Positions 11,243 through 21,682 of a stretch of 64,000 nucleotides of DNA are shown in pieces. Position 1 is the first letter of the stretch; each line of letters begins with the position of its first letter. Below the pieces are notes generated by a model. It did not search any database and was not told where the DNA came from. It was given only the letters and a program-made list of their open reading frames with translations. Made by a program: the position numbers and the translations under genes. The DNA lies in assembly GCA_977017575.1 (NCBI GenBank), contig CDRNVI010000003.1, positions 558,001 to 622,000 on the forward strand. The letters run 5' to 3'. The stretch comes from Paramoeba atlantica (lineage: Eukaryota > Protista > Discosea).

Positions 11243-12647
11243 TGAGTTTGTGCTTCGGAAAGTCTTCTAAAATAATCAGATCACTAGGATAGTAGAAATG
11301 GTTTCGCTTGTGTTTTATTGTGGGACGGATGCTCAAATCATATTAATTTACCGTGCTACGTACGTGTTTAATTCCAGTTAGTTCGATTAATTCACCAAGC
11401 CGTCAAGGACAACATAATCTATTCTTAGAAAAACCGAATTTTCGGCACCGTTCACGAAGATATCCCATATTTAAGGCAACTCAGTGAGTGGCGCCAAATT
11501 TCCAGGAATCATTTATCGTGGAAAAGTGCTGCGGGATACAGAAATACATTTTGTACTTCCTTTACCACGACTTTCCATTCAAGTGAACTCTCCTTTTATG
11601 CCTCCCTATTTGGTTAACTGTTTTTAGTATCATTAAACTTTAGAAATGTGTATAAAATCAAAGGTACTATGGAAGAAGAATATCACGAGTGGTCGTTTCA
11701 ATATACCTTGAGAACTTGAACCTTGAAAAGTTTGAACATTTTGGAAAATAAAGTCATAAAATGGGGAGGTATTTTCAAGCAATTTACCATTGGTGTGCAA
11801 CACGTACGAGGAAGCGAGATTTTCAGAGTATTCTCGCTGTTGCAATAGAGCACTCTTGCTGAATGTGAATTACCTCTCAAATGGAAGTGTATCTGGATTT
11901 CTAGTGCCGCGATTCAAGATCGTAACCTTAGGCTCCTTATATCACGCGGTATAAATGTAAATAGTGCATGGAGGCAGATTACAATAGTAATGCCACTACA
12001 TTCTTGCGAAAACAACAGCGTGGAAAGCTAGTATAGGTCCCAAACTCTCAAAATACGATAGGGAAATGAATTTTGAAAAAATATTTTTTTTTCACGAGAT
12101 ACTCCTTCTTGAAGCCGTGACACACCTCCCAAAATGACGCCCCAAGAAATAGGTGTCCTGGCAAAACCAGGCAAAAGTTAACAGGTTTCAACTCCCTTAA
12201 TATACGCTTTTGGTACTCGAAATACTGGTCAAAAATGGCATTTTCCAATGTACAGTCCAATTCCCTCCTTTTTTTCATTCACAATTGCTTTCTAGAATAA
12301 ATGTTTAGGATACTTTAGGAGTAAGTACGCCACTTATCCAAAGAAAAAAAAGATTTTGGACCAAAAATGACAGATAACCAAGGGGGGGGTGACAGTATTC
12401 ATCGAAATCTAACACAATTGCATAATTTTTAACAAGGTAAGTTCTGTGCATGTAAATTTAATTTTTTTTGCGAAACAAATCTATTAGTAAATGATAATGA
12501 TCCTATATGTGCATTTGCAGCGCGAATACATTTACAAAAAAAAGTTAGAATAGTAATAATGATATTCATTTTAGTATTTGTTTTATAATACTTCTACTTT
12601 ATCAACTATATTTAAAAAACATTTTACCTTCGAATGAATCGACACGC

Positions 12648-13154
12648 TTACTTTTTCTTCTTTACCAGCGTTTCAATAAATGTCTTGCCCTTCTTACGGA
12701 GTCGTGCTGCTTCATATGAAAGAGCTTTGCGTTCAGCGGCTGACAGCTTCTTATACTTGGCAGATACCCTCTTTACCACCGCTCGGAAACAAGCCTTACG
12801 ATTCTTGTGGTTTCCCTTCTCTGCCTTGTATATCGCCGGCACGGTACGCTTCGAGAACAAGGCATAAGGAACGTAGCGTGCGCTTTTCACTTGTTCTCTG
12901 AGCGCTTTCTTCTGTTTCATATTCTGGGCAGCAATCTTACTCAAGGACTGGACTTGAGCCGGAGATAATTTTTTAAAAGCGGCATGTCCTGCGGCGAGAC
13001 TTCGTTTAGCCTTTTTAACTCGGAAAAACTTTGACATGAATACACGTAGCGCACATGTCGGTCCTGAGTTTCCATCCCACGGCTTCTTGATCACTTTGCG
13101 ACGAAGCTTTGCGATGTCCTTTGGAAGCAGGTTTGGAAGCACACGAGAAAACAT
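12648..13154 (-). CDS. Basic Lys/Ala-rich kinetoplast-associated-protein (KAP/HMG-box-like) protein
   Basis: Mitochondrial-type N-terminus MFSRVL; two HMG-like halves (ALRVFMSKFF...FKKLSPAQVQSL; PYALFSK...SAKYKKLSAAERKAL). Confidence 0.7.
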   Translation of the reverse strand: MFSRVLPNLLPKDIAKLRRKVIKKPWDGNSGPTCALRVFMSKFFRVKKAKRSLAAGHAAFKKLSPAQVQSLSKIAAQNMKQKKALREQVKSARYVPYALFSKRTVPAIYKAEKGNHKNRKACFRAVVKRVSAKYKKLSAAERKALSYEAARLRKKGKTFIETLVKKKK

Positions 13155-13290
13155 TACAAGTAGAAAGACAGGGAAAAAGAGAGAGCTGCGTTCAACAAAG
13201 AAGACACAAAATGTACAAGAAAGCCCAGCAAATCAGAAAGAAATTATAGGTGAAAACGGGGAGCTTTGCCCCTAAATGACATTATCACGG

Positions 13291-13358
13291 ACTTCATAAA
13301 CACGCTTGTTACCGGTCCCGGCGTCGTCGCGAGTTGCGACGAAGTGTGAGGGAGAAGT
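13291..13358 (+). ncRNA. Twister ribozyme-like sequence (type P5), probably inactivated by a 6-nt deletion
   Basis: P1 ACTTC/GAAGT, TAA, P2 ACAC/GTGT, GC, CCGG-TCCC-GG (AAGCCC missing relative to the 41.7 kb copy), P5 hairpin TCGTCGC/GCGACGA, GAGGG. Confidence 0.75.
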
Positions 13359-14251
13359 ATTCACCACGTAGATGACATGTATTGTATAACAAGGTAACCT
13401 TCTTATAAATAAAACTGTTGGAGAAACGATCGAACAATGCAGACGAAGAGGAAAGTCTCTCCCATGATCTGGAATGCTCTGGCGAAGATGAAGAAAGGTC
13501 AGTTGACGAAGAAAGTTCTGAAAGTGATGAAGATAAACGTGATAAACAAATCGATGTACTCTTTACTTCACGCGGGTGTATTTCAACTGGCACGGAGCGA
13601 CATCTCAAATATTTCGTTGCCCAACACGATGACCATTCCATTTATCATTTCAACAATAAAATGTAATAAGCTGTTATCTGCAATGCATGACATGTTATAT
13701 ATCATATCATCTTACTTTCTTGCGCAACGTTGATGCATTGAACTTCATCCGTAGATCACGATCCACCAAAATAGGGCGCCTCAATGACCTGCATTCGATT
13801 AACGTCCCCAACAATAATCTGGCAATCCAATTGTACATAGCTAGACAACGATTCAAATCCGGACAAGGCGTAGTTACTGCAGTAGTGTACACCAGTACTG
13901 GTAGTACAACTACTACAGTACTTTTTTGCCCTTCTTGATAGTTTTCTTCAATGATCGAGGGCAGAACGGTAGTTGGGTAAATTCCGAAATTATGCGTTTC
14001 TAAACGCAACGTGTTTTTATATGCATCTACATGTATAACTAGTTTACAAATATGCATGGTCTGTACAAATAGTATACATGATCTGTTGAATGGACTAAAA
14101 CTAAAGTATGTGACGTCGAGAATTGACGCCAATCTGAATGAAACGTATAATGTCACATTTTTCATGTACTCTCTTATTTAATCCGTAATAGAGAAAACAC
14201 AGACAATTCGTTATTTTAAGGGTTAGGGCTGATTCGAATCGTCAGGTATTT

Positions 14252-14839
14252 CTATATGAACCGGGATTCACGGGGAGGTCGCTCCTCTCGTGTGTCCTGG
14301 CGAAATCGACGACGCTGCAGCTCATCACTACGGCGCCCGCGGATATCCTCCTCACGACGATCACGGAGGGAATGTGGCACTCGGCGGGACGCGGGGTGGC
14401 GATAGCTGCGAGTGTACTGAGGGGCGTTTTCGGAAACTCGGGAGCGGGGACGCACCTCCTCGTACCGATGTGTGCGTCGGTGACCATACCCAACGGGGTC
14501 TCGGCGTGAACTCCAGCGGTCCTGATGGAAGGCATTTAGTTGCACCTCACGCTCATGGTTACTGCCCCCACCACGACCAAAGCGGCGTGTGATGGGTGCT
14601 CCCCGACCGCCTCGTTGTGCCGAATGATGACTTTGGTGGTACCCCTCCGGAACGCGATGGTGAACTTCATGGTAGGGTCGAGCGTTGTTGTACGGTAGGG
14701 CGCCGTACGGACGTGTGCCGTAGGAGCCTTGTCGGGGGTAACGTCGCTGTCCGATCTGACGCCCACGCTGCGGTTTCGAGCGTTGTATCTCCTTCACAAG
14801 GTCGTCCAAGGGTCGGTTGAGATCGACTTCAAGATCCAT
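14252..14839 (-). CDS. Arg/Gly-rich low-complexity protein, copy 2
   Basis: Differs from 10655-11242 at only about three visible positions (e.g. PHGA/PYGA, terminal K/I). Confidence 0.7.
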   Translation of the reverse strand: MDLEVDLNRPLDDLVKEIQRSKPQRGRQIGQRRYPRQGSYGTRPYGALPYNNARPYHEVHHRVPEGYHQSHHSAQRGGRGAPITRRFGRGGGSNHEREVQLNAFHQDRWSSRRDPVGYGHRRTHRYEEVRPRSRVSENAPQYTRSYRHPASRRVPHSLRDRREEDIRGRRSDELQRRRFRQDTREERPPRESRFI

Positions 14840-15375
14840 TGAGTTAGAAAAGGAAAGTAAAGTTGGAATGTCGTAGGGGATTGGATGTGTTTGTTTTACG
14901 ATTTTTTATAAGCCTAGTTTCACGGAGCCCAATTTCATATTTGTTGCCGGATGTCAGCGTATTGAATATGAATTTAGCGGGGTTCCAGTTGGAGCTCATT
15001 TCTGTATTAAAGCCCGTCCAATCGCCCACAGCTGTCTTGTAGACTTTCTTGCTTTTTTTTTAAATGCCTTGTTGTGCAGATCTCTGTGGATCGTTCTTAT
15101 TTAAAATTTAAGATTCATGACACACCTGCTTTCGATACTATACACAAGTGTGTAACCTGTGCATATTGCATACATGGAGGTTGAGCTAGTTGCTCTCTGA
15201 TGAGCAATGCTTCTGCATTAAATTATAAAAAAAGTAAAAAAATACATTTATAAAATATTTGCGATGATTGTCCACTTAGAAAACAAATGGAAAGAATTCG
15301 TATGCTTGACGTGATATGTGGTGCATTGACACATCCATAGATGAGTGTTCCGGATACAGTACACATGCACAGATA

Positions 15376-15551
15376 CCGTTCCCCCCCTTTAATATGGGCA
15401 GGGACTATACCGTCCTCTCTTCTCTTATTGACTTCGGTTTCACCTTTGCCACACTATGACTGAAAACGGCGCCACGACGGGGCGCCATCTTTTTTTAGTC
15501 AGTTTCATCACCCTCCCAAAGCCGAAAAACTTTTAATAATATAGGGGGTCA
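15376..15551. mobile_element. Small MITE with imperfect C-run TIRs (pogo/Tc-like)
   Basis: TA|CCGTTCCCCCCCTTTAATAT ... ATATAGGGGGTCACAG. Related ends (CYGT(G/C)ACCCCC) at ~12390, 21778, 23335, 30600 and 53011. Confidence 0.5.
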
Positions 15552-16084
15552 CAGTTAGTGATACATACACAGAGACATACTGTGTACATGCAGAGAGACA
15601 ATCACGTGTACAGTAAGTATGAAGCATGTTTCTTATGTTTCTATACGCATGTTGTTGTGTTCTAATATACACGCGTTCTAATGTTTTACACATGTTCTAA
15701 TGTGTACGCGTATATTGTGTATTACAGTAAAGTCCTTTGATTTTATTCGAAAGCAAGAAATTCTATTGGTAAAATAAAGTAAACAGAGACGAAATAAAGT
15801 AAACATCTCCACGCCTTAGAGCGCTTCCTGGCAAAGGGAGCAAGGTTATGCCACAAAAGGGCTAACGGCGAAAAGTGAACGTACGTATAGAATACCAGAA
15901 TATTCATATTTATGGGCTTTATAGAAATTATTAAAAATTATCATATACGGTCGCGGATTATGATAAACAGAAAGGACCGTATTTTTGTGCAAGGAAAACT
16001 AAATAAAGTAAGCGCATTTTTTGTAAGCAATTTCTTTGTCTGACACAATATAATAGCTAGTATGTGTGAACAATTTTAGAAGGT

Positions 16085-17077
16085 TCACATTGCATAGTCA
16101 ATTAAAGCTGGAGACGCCTCCAGGTAGAAAGTCTCGATTTTAGAGCATAAGAGTTCAAGTTGATACTTGAGTGGCATTTTGTCGGGTACAATTTCGCCTA
16201 GCTGTTCATGAGGACCACAGTAGCAAAGTGCACGGCTAGAAATATTGACTAGCTCAACGCAGAATTGCGTAGTCTTTTCTACAGCTTCGCGCATATCATC
16301 TAAAAGGTTTTGCAATCGTTCGTTTTCTGAATTTTCTGTTGTTTGGTCAGTATCAGTAGGCGCTTCCGTGCGCATTGTAGCTGGTGGAAAATTCTTCATT
16401 TCCTCTTTCAGCGAACGAATAATGTCTTCGACTTTTTTACGCAAAGGAAAACTGGACTTATCAGAAGAGGTAATTCCTTTCGACGCAACACTCGAGTCTC
16501 TGGCCTGCATCGTGCTATTAATTGCCGTTGAGGACATTGGTGCCGCTAAATTGGCTTGTGACGAGTAAGTCCGCAAGGTTGGTGAGCGACAATCCGTTCC
16601 TACTGTATCGGATTTCGTCGCTTTCTGGATGTCTGACAAGGAGGTTTCTGTGGCTTTAAACTCGCAGCTTTTCGTAGCAGATGGCATGGGCATTTCCGTG
16701 TCTCGTCCCTGTGACACAGTATCCAACGTGTTCTCCGGAGCTGGTTCAGACAATTCAGATAAAGGATTCACAGACCTCTGCCCGGGCGGCGAAAACGGCC
16801 AAGAAGTTGGCCTCTCTTTCTTTACTTCTGGCAATGCTGTATCTTCCACTGATCCCGACGTGTGGCCTGGCGTGGCCGCAAACAAGTCGGAGGGGTCAAA
16901 CGTATCCGTAACAAGGTCAGCACCCGGGTTCGCAAGATTACTTGAAGATATGATCGGGTTTGTGTTTACTTCACCGTCTTGTGCTGCAGACAAAGAGGTT
17001 AAATCAAGCCCGGCTGCTAGCCAGTCGAATCCCTGAACACTGGATTTCTCTAGGTCAGTGCAAGTTACGGGTTCCAT
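16085..17077 (-). CDS. Hypothetical protein (330 aa, Ser/Thr-rich, C-terminal coiled coil)
   Basis: Long ATG-initiated ORF on the gene strand; helical C-terminus with LCYCGPH; no recognised family. Confidence 0.7.
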   Translation of the reverse strand: MEPVTCTDLEKSSVQGFDWLAAGLDLTSLSAAQDGEVNTNPIISSSNLANPGADLVTDTFDPSDLFAATPGHTSGSVEDTALPEVKKERPTSWPFSPPGQRSVNPLSELSEPAPENTLDTVSQGRDTEMPMPSATKSCEFKATETSLSDIQKATKSDTVGTDCRSPTLRTYSSQANLAAPMSSTAINSTMQARDSSVASKGITSSDKSSFPLRKKVEDIIRSLKEEMKNFPPATMRTEAPTDTDQTTENSENERLQNLLDDMREAVEKTTQFCVELVNISSRALCYCGPHEQLGEIVPDKMPLKYQLELLCSKIETFYLEASPALIDYAM

Positions 17078-17289
17078 TTACAATAGATCGGACTAAGATG
17101 TAGAAAAAGAGATAGTACACCTTGATGTGAAATGCGAATGAAACCATATCATCTTTTTTTCGTATTCAAAAGCGTATCGTTGCACAAATTAAGTATCCCA
17201 CATGTGTTTCCGATACCATCTTGTGGGTCTACCAATGCCAATTCAGTAATGTACAAAAGAGAGGGGAAACCCCCCATCTCTCCATTCCC

Positions 17290-17964
17290 CTAAAACTTAA
17301 CGATCGGCCGATAACGATACGGTCGGGACCACGTCCCGGGCACCGCATTCATTAACCGGGTATGCACCATTTGCTCATCCTCTGCGGTGATCTCATCCTC
17401 ATTCCAGTCCCTTGGCCTCTCCTCCGGCGTATGCTCCACCGCGGAATTCGCCTCAATCGCATCCACCACATGGTCCTTTCCGGAATCCGACGTCCCCAGC
17501 AGCCCCGCCTGCTCTAATGTCGCATCCAAATCCAACGCCCTCCCCTCTTTTGCTAGGGTAATGTTATGCAGCTCCGCCCACGGGGCATGGTTGCTCGCGA
17601 CCGTGTAATGCAGCAACTGTCGTACCGTACTCCCCTGGGGGATACGTACCGTCTGGTAATGTAGCCTTTTCTCCCACCGAGAGGCAACCCAGACATTGGA
17701 ACTGAACCGCACATGGAACGTAACCTGTGCGGAGCTCACGGGGTCATCCACGACGGGACGCCAGTAGTGACGCTCCGAATCGGGCAAGATCTCACGTCGA
17801 GGGATTTTACTGTAGTAACACTGGACGGGTCCGGGGGTTGCGGCCTTGATGGGGCCGGGGTAGGTACGGGAGGCCCGGAGACGACGCTCAGCTTCGTACA
17901 TTTGTTGCGCGTAGTAGGGGAGTTGACGCTCGTGGAGGCGGAGCGGGGAGGTGCGGAGGAGCAT
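17290..17964 (-). CDS. Probable mitochondrial protein with a ubiquitin-like (beta-grasp) region
   Basis: MLLRTSPLR targeting-like start (ATG 17964); YEAERRLRASRTYPGPIKAATPG, which I recall from kinetoplastid proteins (not verified); VRIPQGSTVRQL...LDLDATLEQAGL resembles a ubiquitin-like fold. Confidence 0.7.
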   Translation of the reverse strand: MLLRTSPLRLHERQLPYYAQQMYEAERRLRASRTYPGPIKAATPGPVQCYYSKIPRREILPDSERHYWRPVVDDPVSSAQVTFHVRFSSNVWVASRWEKRLHYQTVRIPQGSTVRQLLHYTVASNHAPWAELHNITLAKEGRALDLDATLEQAGLLGTSDSGKDHVVDAIEANSAVEHTPEERPRDWNEDEITAEDEQMVHTRLMNAVPGTWSRPYRYRPIVKF

Positions 17965-18133
17965 GGGGAAGGAAAGGGAAAAAAGGAGGGGGAAGAAATT
18001 TTTGGAGAGTCGGATGGTGTGTCGAAAACAGTAACGGACGAAACATGTAAAACCAGCTCCTGTATGGGTTCTTTTGCAAAGAAATCCATTCTTCTTTTTC
18101 AAGCCAACAAAACATCCCCCCTCCCCCCCTCCC

Positions 18134-18838
18134 TCACCCCCCTCCCTCCCCCTTTCCCCCCCACATCTCCGCCTCCATCATCTTCATCTCCTCCTTTGTC
18201 CTCCCCTCCACCACCTCCTCCACACTCAACCTCCTCCCTCCCCACATCCCCACCGCCGCCTCCCCACCACCCCCCTCCGCCCCCTCACAATAGTTAATCC
18301 CGTACTGCCGAAACGACGGCACCTCCGCGGCCCGTTCCACCGCCCCCCACAGCACCTCCACCAGCCTCCCCCACCCCTCCCCCCCCTCCCCCCCGACCAC
18401 CACCGTCTCGTCCACCAGCACGTCAAACGTGGTGTGCACAACGGCGTACCGCCCGTGGGGCCCCGGTTGATGTCTCCGCGTGTCCCGTGGCCTCGGGGCG
18501 GGCCGGGGGAACAGCTGCAGGGGGCCGTGGCCCTGGGGGGGGCGCATGCCGCGCAGGAGCCCGAGGCGGGTGGCGTGGGGGGGGAGGCGGAGCAGGGCGG
18601 TGAGGGCGCGCTGCAGGGGGAGGCGGCAGGGGAGGAGACGGGAGCGGGGGGTGGCGGAGCCGAGGGTGAGGAGGGGGCGGTGGGAGGGGGTGTGGGGGGA
18701 GAGGAGGAGGGCGGTCCAGGTGGCGGCGCGGGCGGCGGGGTTGGCGTGGGAGGCGAAGCGGGGGGTGGGGGTGCCGGGGGGGACGAGGTCGTCGGGGACG
18801 TCGTGGTGGTAGGGGGTGAGGAGGGTGGGGTGGAGCAT
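18134..18838 (-). CDS. Hypothetical protein (234 aa)
   Basis: Strong codon-position signal in this frame (almost all NNC in the 5' half, NNG in the 3' half); middle region not low-complexity (ALLRLPPHATRLGLLRG...YAVVHTTFDVLVDE). Confidence 0.65.
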   Translation of the reverse strand: MLHPTLLTPYHHDVPDDLVPPGTPTPRFASHANPAARAATWTALLLSPHTPSHRPLLTLGSATPRSRLLPCRLPLQRALTALLRLPPHATRLGLLRGMRPPQGHGPLQLFPRPAPRPRDTRRHQPGPHGRYAVVHTTFDVLVDETVVVGGEGGEGWGRLVEVLWGAVERAAEVPSFRQYGINYCEGAEGGGGEAAVGMWGGRRLSVEEVVEGRTKEEMKMMEAEMWGGKGEGGG

Positions 18839-19350
18839 GGGGGGTGTGCAGATGGGTTGTGGGAGTTTGAGAATGTTTTTTGGTCAAAAAGGTATATTTT
18901 TGTACCAATGTTTTTTTCAATGAAATTTCTCTCCGAGGAGTAGAAAAAAGTTATTAAACTTGCCTAAGCATTTTGTCGTTCCTCATTAATACTGTACATA
19001 AATATTACAAATGCTTGTATTACGGGATTGCAATCCCCTTTCATTTTTGCAATGCGCAAAAGAGTGTTTAGAAATTCTAGGAAGGAATGTTCATCCCGTA
19101 AGTCAATGGTAGGATTTTACTCACTGAAATAAATTGAGTTTATAGTATTGTATCACTCCCTTAGCAATAGAAGCTCATAGCGAAATAGAATTTTAAGGGT
19201 AATGGTGCTAGAAGGAGCCACTGCTGCGCGCTTCGCGTTGAAAACTACCTCCGCGTTTAACGAAGCGACTAAAAAAGAAAAATTGACAAAAAATCATGAA
19301 TGATATATTTTTTAGGTGAAAACGCCCGATTTTTGGGCCTTTGCCAACGT

Positions 19351-20795
19351 TGTGGATTGTCAATGTCAGTGCAACAATTTGTCATACTTAGTGCAACAAA
19401 TTAATAATAATTGTCATACTCAGCGCAACAAAAGGTTAATTTCTACATAATACACTTCATATACTAATTTCTACATAATTCAGTTCATTCATGCCAAAGT
19501 ACAGAAGATTATCTGAAAACAATCGCAAAGATATTCAAACGATGTTTGAAAGTGGCGCCACGAGGAGGGAAATTGCCCGATCGATTGATAAGTCCCCAAG
19601 TACGGTATGTCGTGAGCTGGCACGCAACAGGAAAAGAGGTGGGCAATACCGTTCCAGCCGTGCCCATCGTGTTGCCAAGAGACGACTGGTTAATAAAGGA
19701 ACCAGACCACGTCTAATTCGAGCCAGTCTTGAAAAAAGTGTAAAGACCCGTCTCCGAAAGCTTCACAGCCCGGAGCAGGTTGCTAATACACTTGTTGTCG
19801 GCTCACAAGGTTCACCATCCACTTCCACAATCTATCGATTTGTTCGTCGAGACAAAGACAATGGGGGGAAGATTCATAGGTGCCTACGGATCCGCGGAAG
19901 GCGGCCTTATGTTCGACGCATTCATGGTCGAAGTACCATTCCAAACCGGGTTTCTATCGATCATCGTCCCCAAATAGTAAACACACGACGTCGGTATGGT
20001 GATTGGGAGGCCGATTTAATTGAGGGAGCAAAGAAAAGTGGGTATTTCATCCTGACTCTTTGTGAACGAAAGAGTAGGTTTGTTGTCCTTCGTGTATTTC
20101 AATCCAAGCAGTCAAAAGAAGTTGAAACACAGGTGCTGAAAGCCTTAAAGAAATACAAAGTGCATACCATAACGTATGACAATGGAACTGAAAACACCAA
20201 ACATGAAGCCATCAACAAGAAGTTAGGATGCAAATCTTACTTTTGTCATCCTTACCATTCATGGGAAAAGGGGGCCGTTGAAAACATGAATGGTCTGGTC
20301 CGTCAGTATCACACCAAGTCAGATACTTTTGAGGAGTTGACACAGCGCGAAGTTAGTAAGACGGCCAACAAACTGAACAAACGGCCACGAAAGTGCTTGA
20401 AATGGTTCTCCCCAAAGAGCTTGGAAGGCCAAATTTTACTATAAAGAGACGGTACTATACATGAAAGCAGTAAGTTGTATAGCCGTAAGTTGTAAAGCAG
20501 TAAAGGTAAAAAGTTTATCTCTTTACTAAAGAAACGCGTTATGTTGCTCCGTCAATATCGATTATCCAGGTACTCCTTTTTTCTTCTCCTTACATAATTT
20601 TTTTTTCTTAATCCATTGTTTCTTTCTTAACATGGCTCATACAATCCCGCGTCCGTTTGTGGTGCTGTCCGACCGAAAAAACAGTGTTGCACTGAGTATG
20701 CGAAAATCCTGACATCCGGAACACACCCATATTTTTCTCATTTTTGTTGCACTGAGTATGACAAAAAGGTGTTGCACTGAGTATGACAATCCACA
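19351..20795 (+). mobile_element. IS30-family insertion sequence, 1445 bp, apparently intact
   Basis: 26-bp TIRs TGTGGATTGTCA(ATG/TAC)TCAGTGCAACA (23/26 identical); flanks AACGT|...|ACGTT consistent with a duplicated palindromic target; encloses a full IS30 transposase. Confidence 0.93.
19491..20444 (+). CDS. IS30-family DDE transposase
   Basis: N-terminal HTH (YRRLSENNRKDI...REIARSIDKSPSTVCRELARN), WEADLIEG (D), TITYDNGTE (D), HPYHSWEKGAVENMNGLVRQY (E), LNKRPRKCL. Confidence 0.95.
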   Translation: MPKYRRLSENNRKDIQTMFESGATRREIARSIDKSPSTVCRELARNRKRGGQYRSSRAHRVAKRRLVNKGTRPRLIRASLEKSVKTRLRKLHSPEQVANTLVVGSQGSPSTSTIYRFVRRDKDNGGKIHRCLRIRGRRPYVRRIHGRSTIPNRVSIDHRPQIVNTRRRYGDWEADLIEGAKKSGYFILTLCERKSRFVVLRVFQSKQSKEVETQVLKALKKYKVHTITYDNGTENTKHEAINKKLGCKSYFCHPYHSWEKGAVENMNGLVRQYHTKSDTFEELTQREVSKTANKLNKRPRKCLKWFSPKSLEGQILL

Positions 20796-21172
20796 ACGTT
20801 AACTCAAATTTTGGCCGTATTTGATGCTTTACCAGTAGGGGCAAGAGGCGTCTCAAGAAAAACGTCGTAGAATGGTAGCTGAGGTCGCAAGCTCCCAAAA
20901 TACCGTATTTTAGGGGCTGCAGCTATTGACTTACGGGATGAACACTATTTAAATTTATTCAAATATTACAAAAATCGTTTTCACTCAGTCGGAAGAGTCG
21001 GTACAAAAACATGCCCGTTTCACCTGTTTTTTTTTGTTTTCACATGCTTTTGGAGAAAAGGGGATGGTGGAAAAAAAAGTGGTGGGAGTGTGTAGAAAAA
21101 TAATAATGTTTGGAGAAGTAGAGAGATGTCTGAGCAAACTACATGTTTTTATGTAGAATTTGCCACAGGAAG

Positions 21173-21682
21173 TCAGACCTCGGCTACTTCCTTAGTATTT
21201 TCATCGTCGCTCGACTCCAACTCCCGTCTACGCTTGGAGACGTCCATGCCCCTGGGAGGTTGGATATGACCCTGCTTTTTTATCATGCGCTTCGGTTTCT
21301 CAACTTTGCTGGGCTTGGTGTCGTTTTCACCCCGCTTGTTTTCGCCAGGAAGTTGTGTTGGACTTGTAATAGAGGAAGTCCCCACTCGGTTATAAGTCGG
21401 CATTTTCGCTGTAGTGTTTCGTAATCTTTGAATGGTCTCTGCACTGGGCTGCCAGTATTTCGAATCACGCGGAATTAAAAAGAAAGGGTCCCTACTGATA
21501 GGGTCAAACGTGTTCGGCTCTCCGTCAGAATTCTCCGTGTCCTCTTGAATTTTCTTAGAAGCAAGAAGGGGGATATTCTTCTTAAAGGTCTCTGTTTTGC
21601 TTCGTAAGGGTCGTCCAGTGGCATAACTGCGACGCTGCTTTTGTTGTGTTGTCTTCTTCCACGCTCCTTCGTTGATTACCAT
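21173..21682 (-). CDS. Hypothetical basic/low-complexity protein
   Basis: ORF on the gene strand, first ATG 21682; no recognised domain. Confidence 0.5.
   Translation of the reverse strand: MVINEGAWKKTTQQKQRRSYATGRPLRSKTETFKKNIPLLASKKIQEDTENSDGEPNTFDPISRDPFFLIPRDSKYWQPSAETIQRLRNTTAKMPTYNRVGTSSITSPTQLPGENKRGENDTKPSKVEKPKRMIKKQGHIQPPRGMDVSKRRRELESSDDENTKEVAEV

Larger units (their letters stand above)
19088..20944. mobile_element. Host MITE (~0.4 kb without insert) with 20-bp perfect TIRs, interrupted by the IS30 element
   Basis: TGTTCATCCCGTAAGTCAAT (19088-19107) and its exact reverse complement (20925-20944). Confidence 0.7.
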
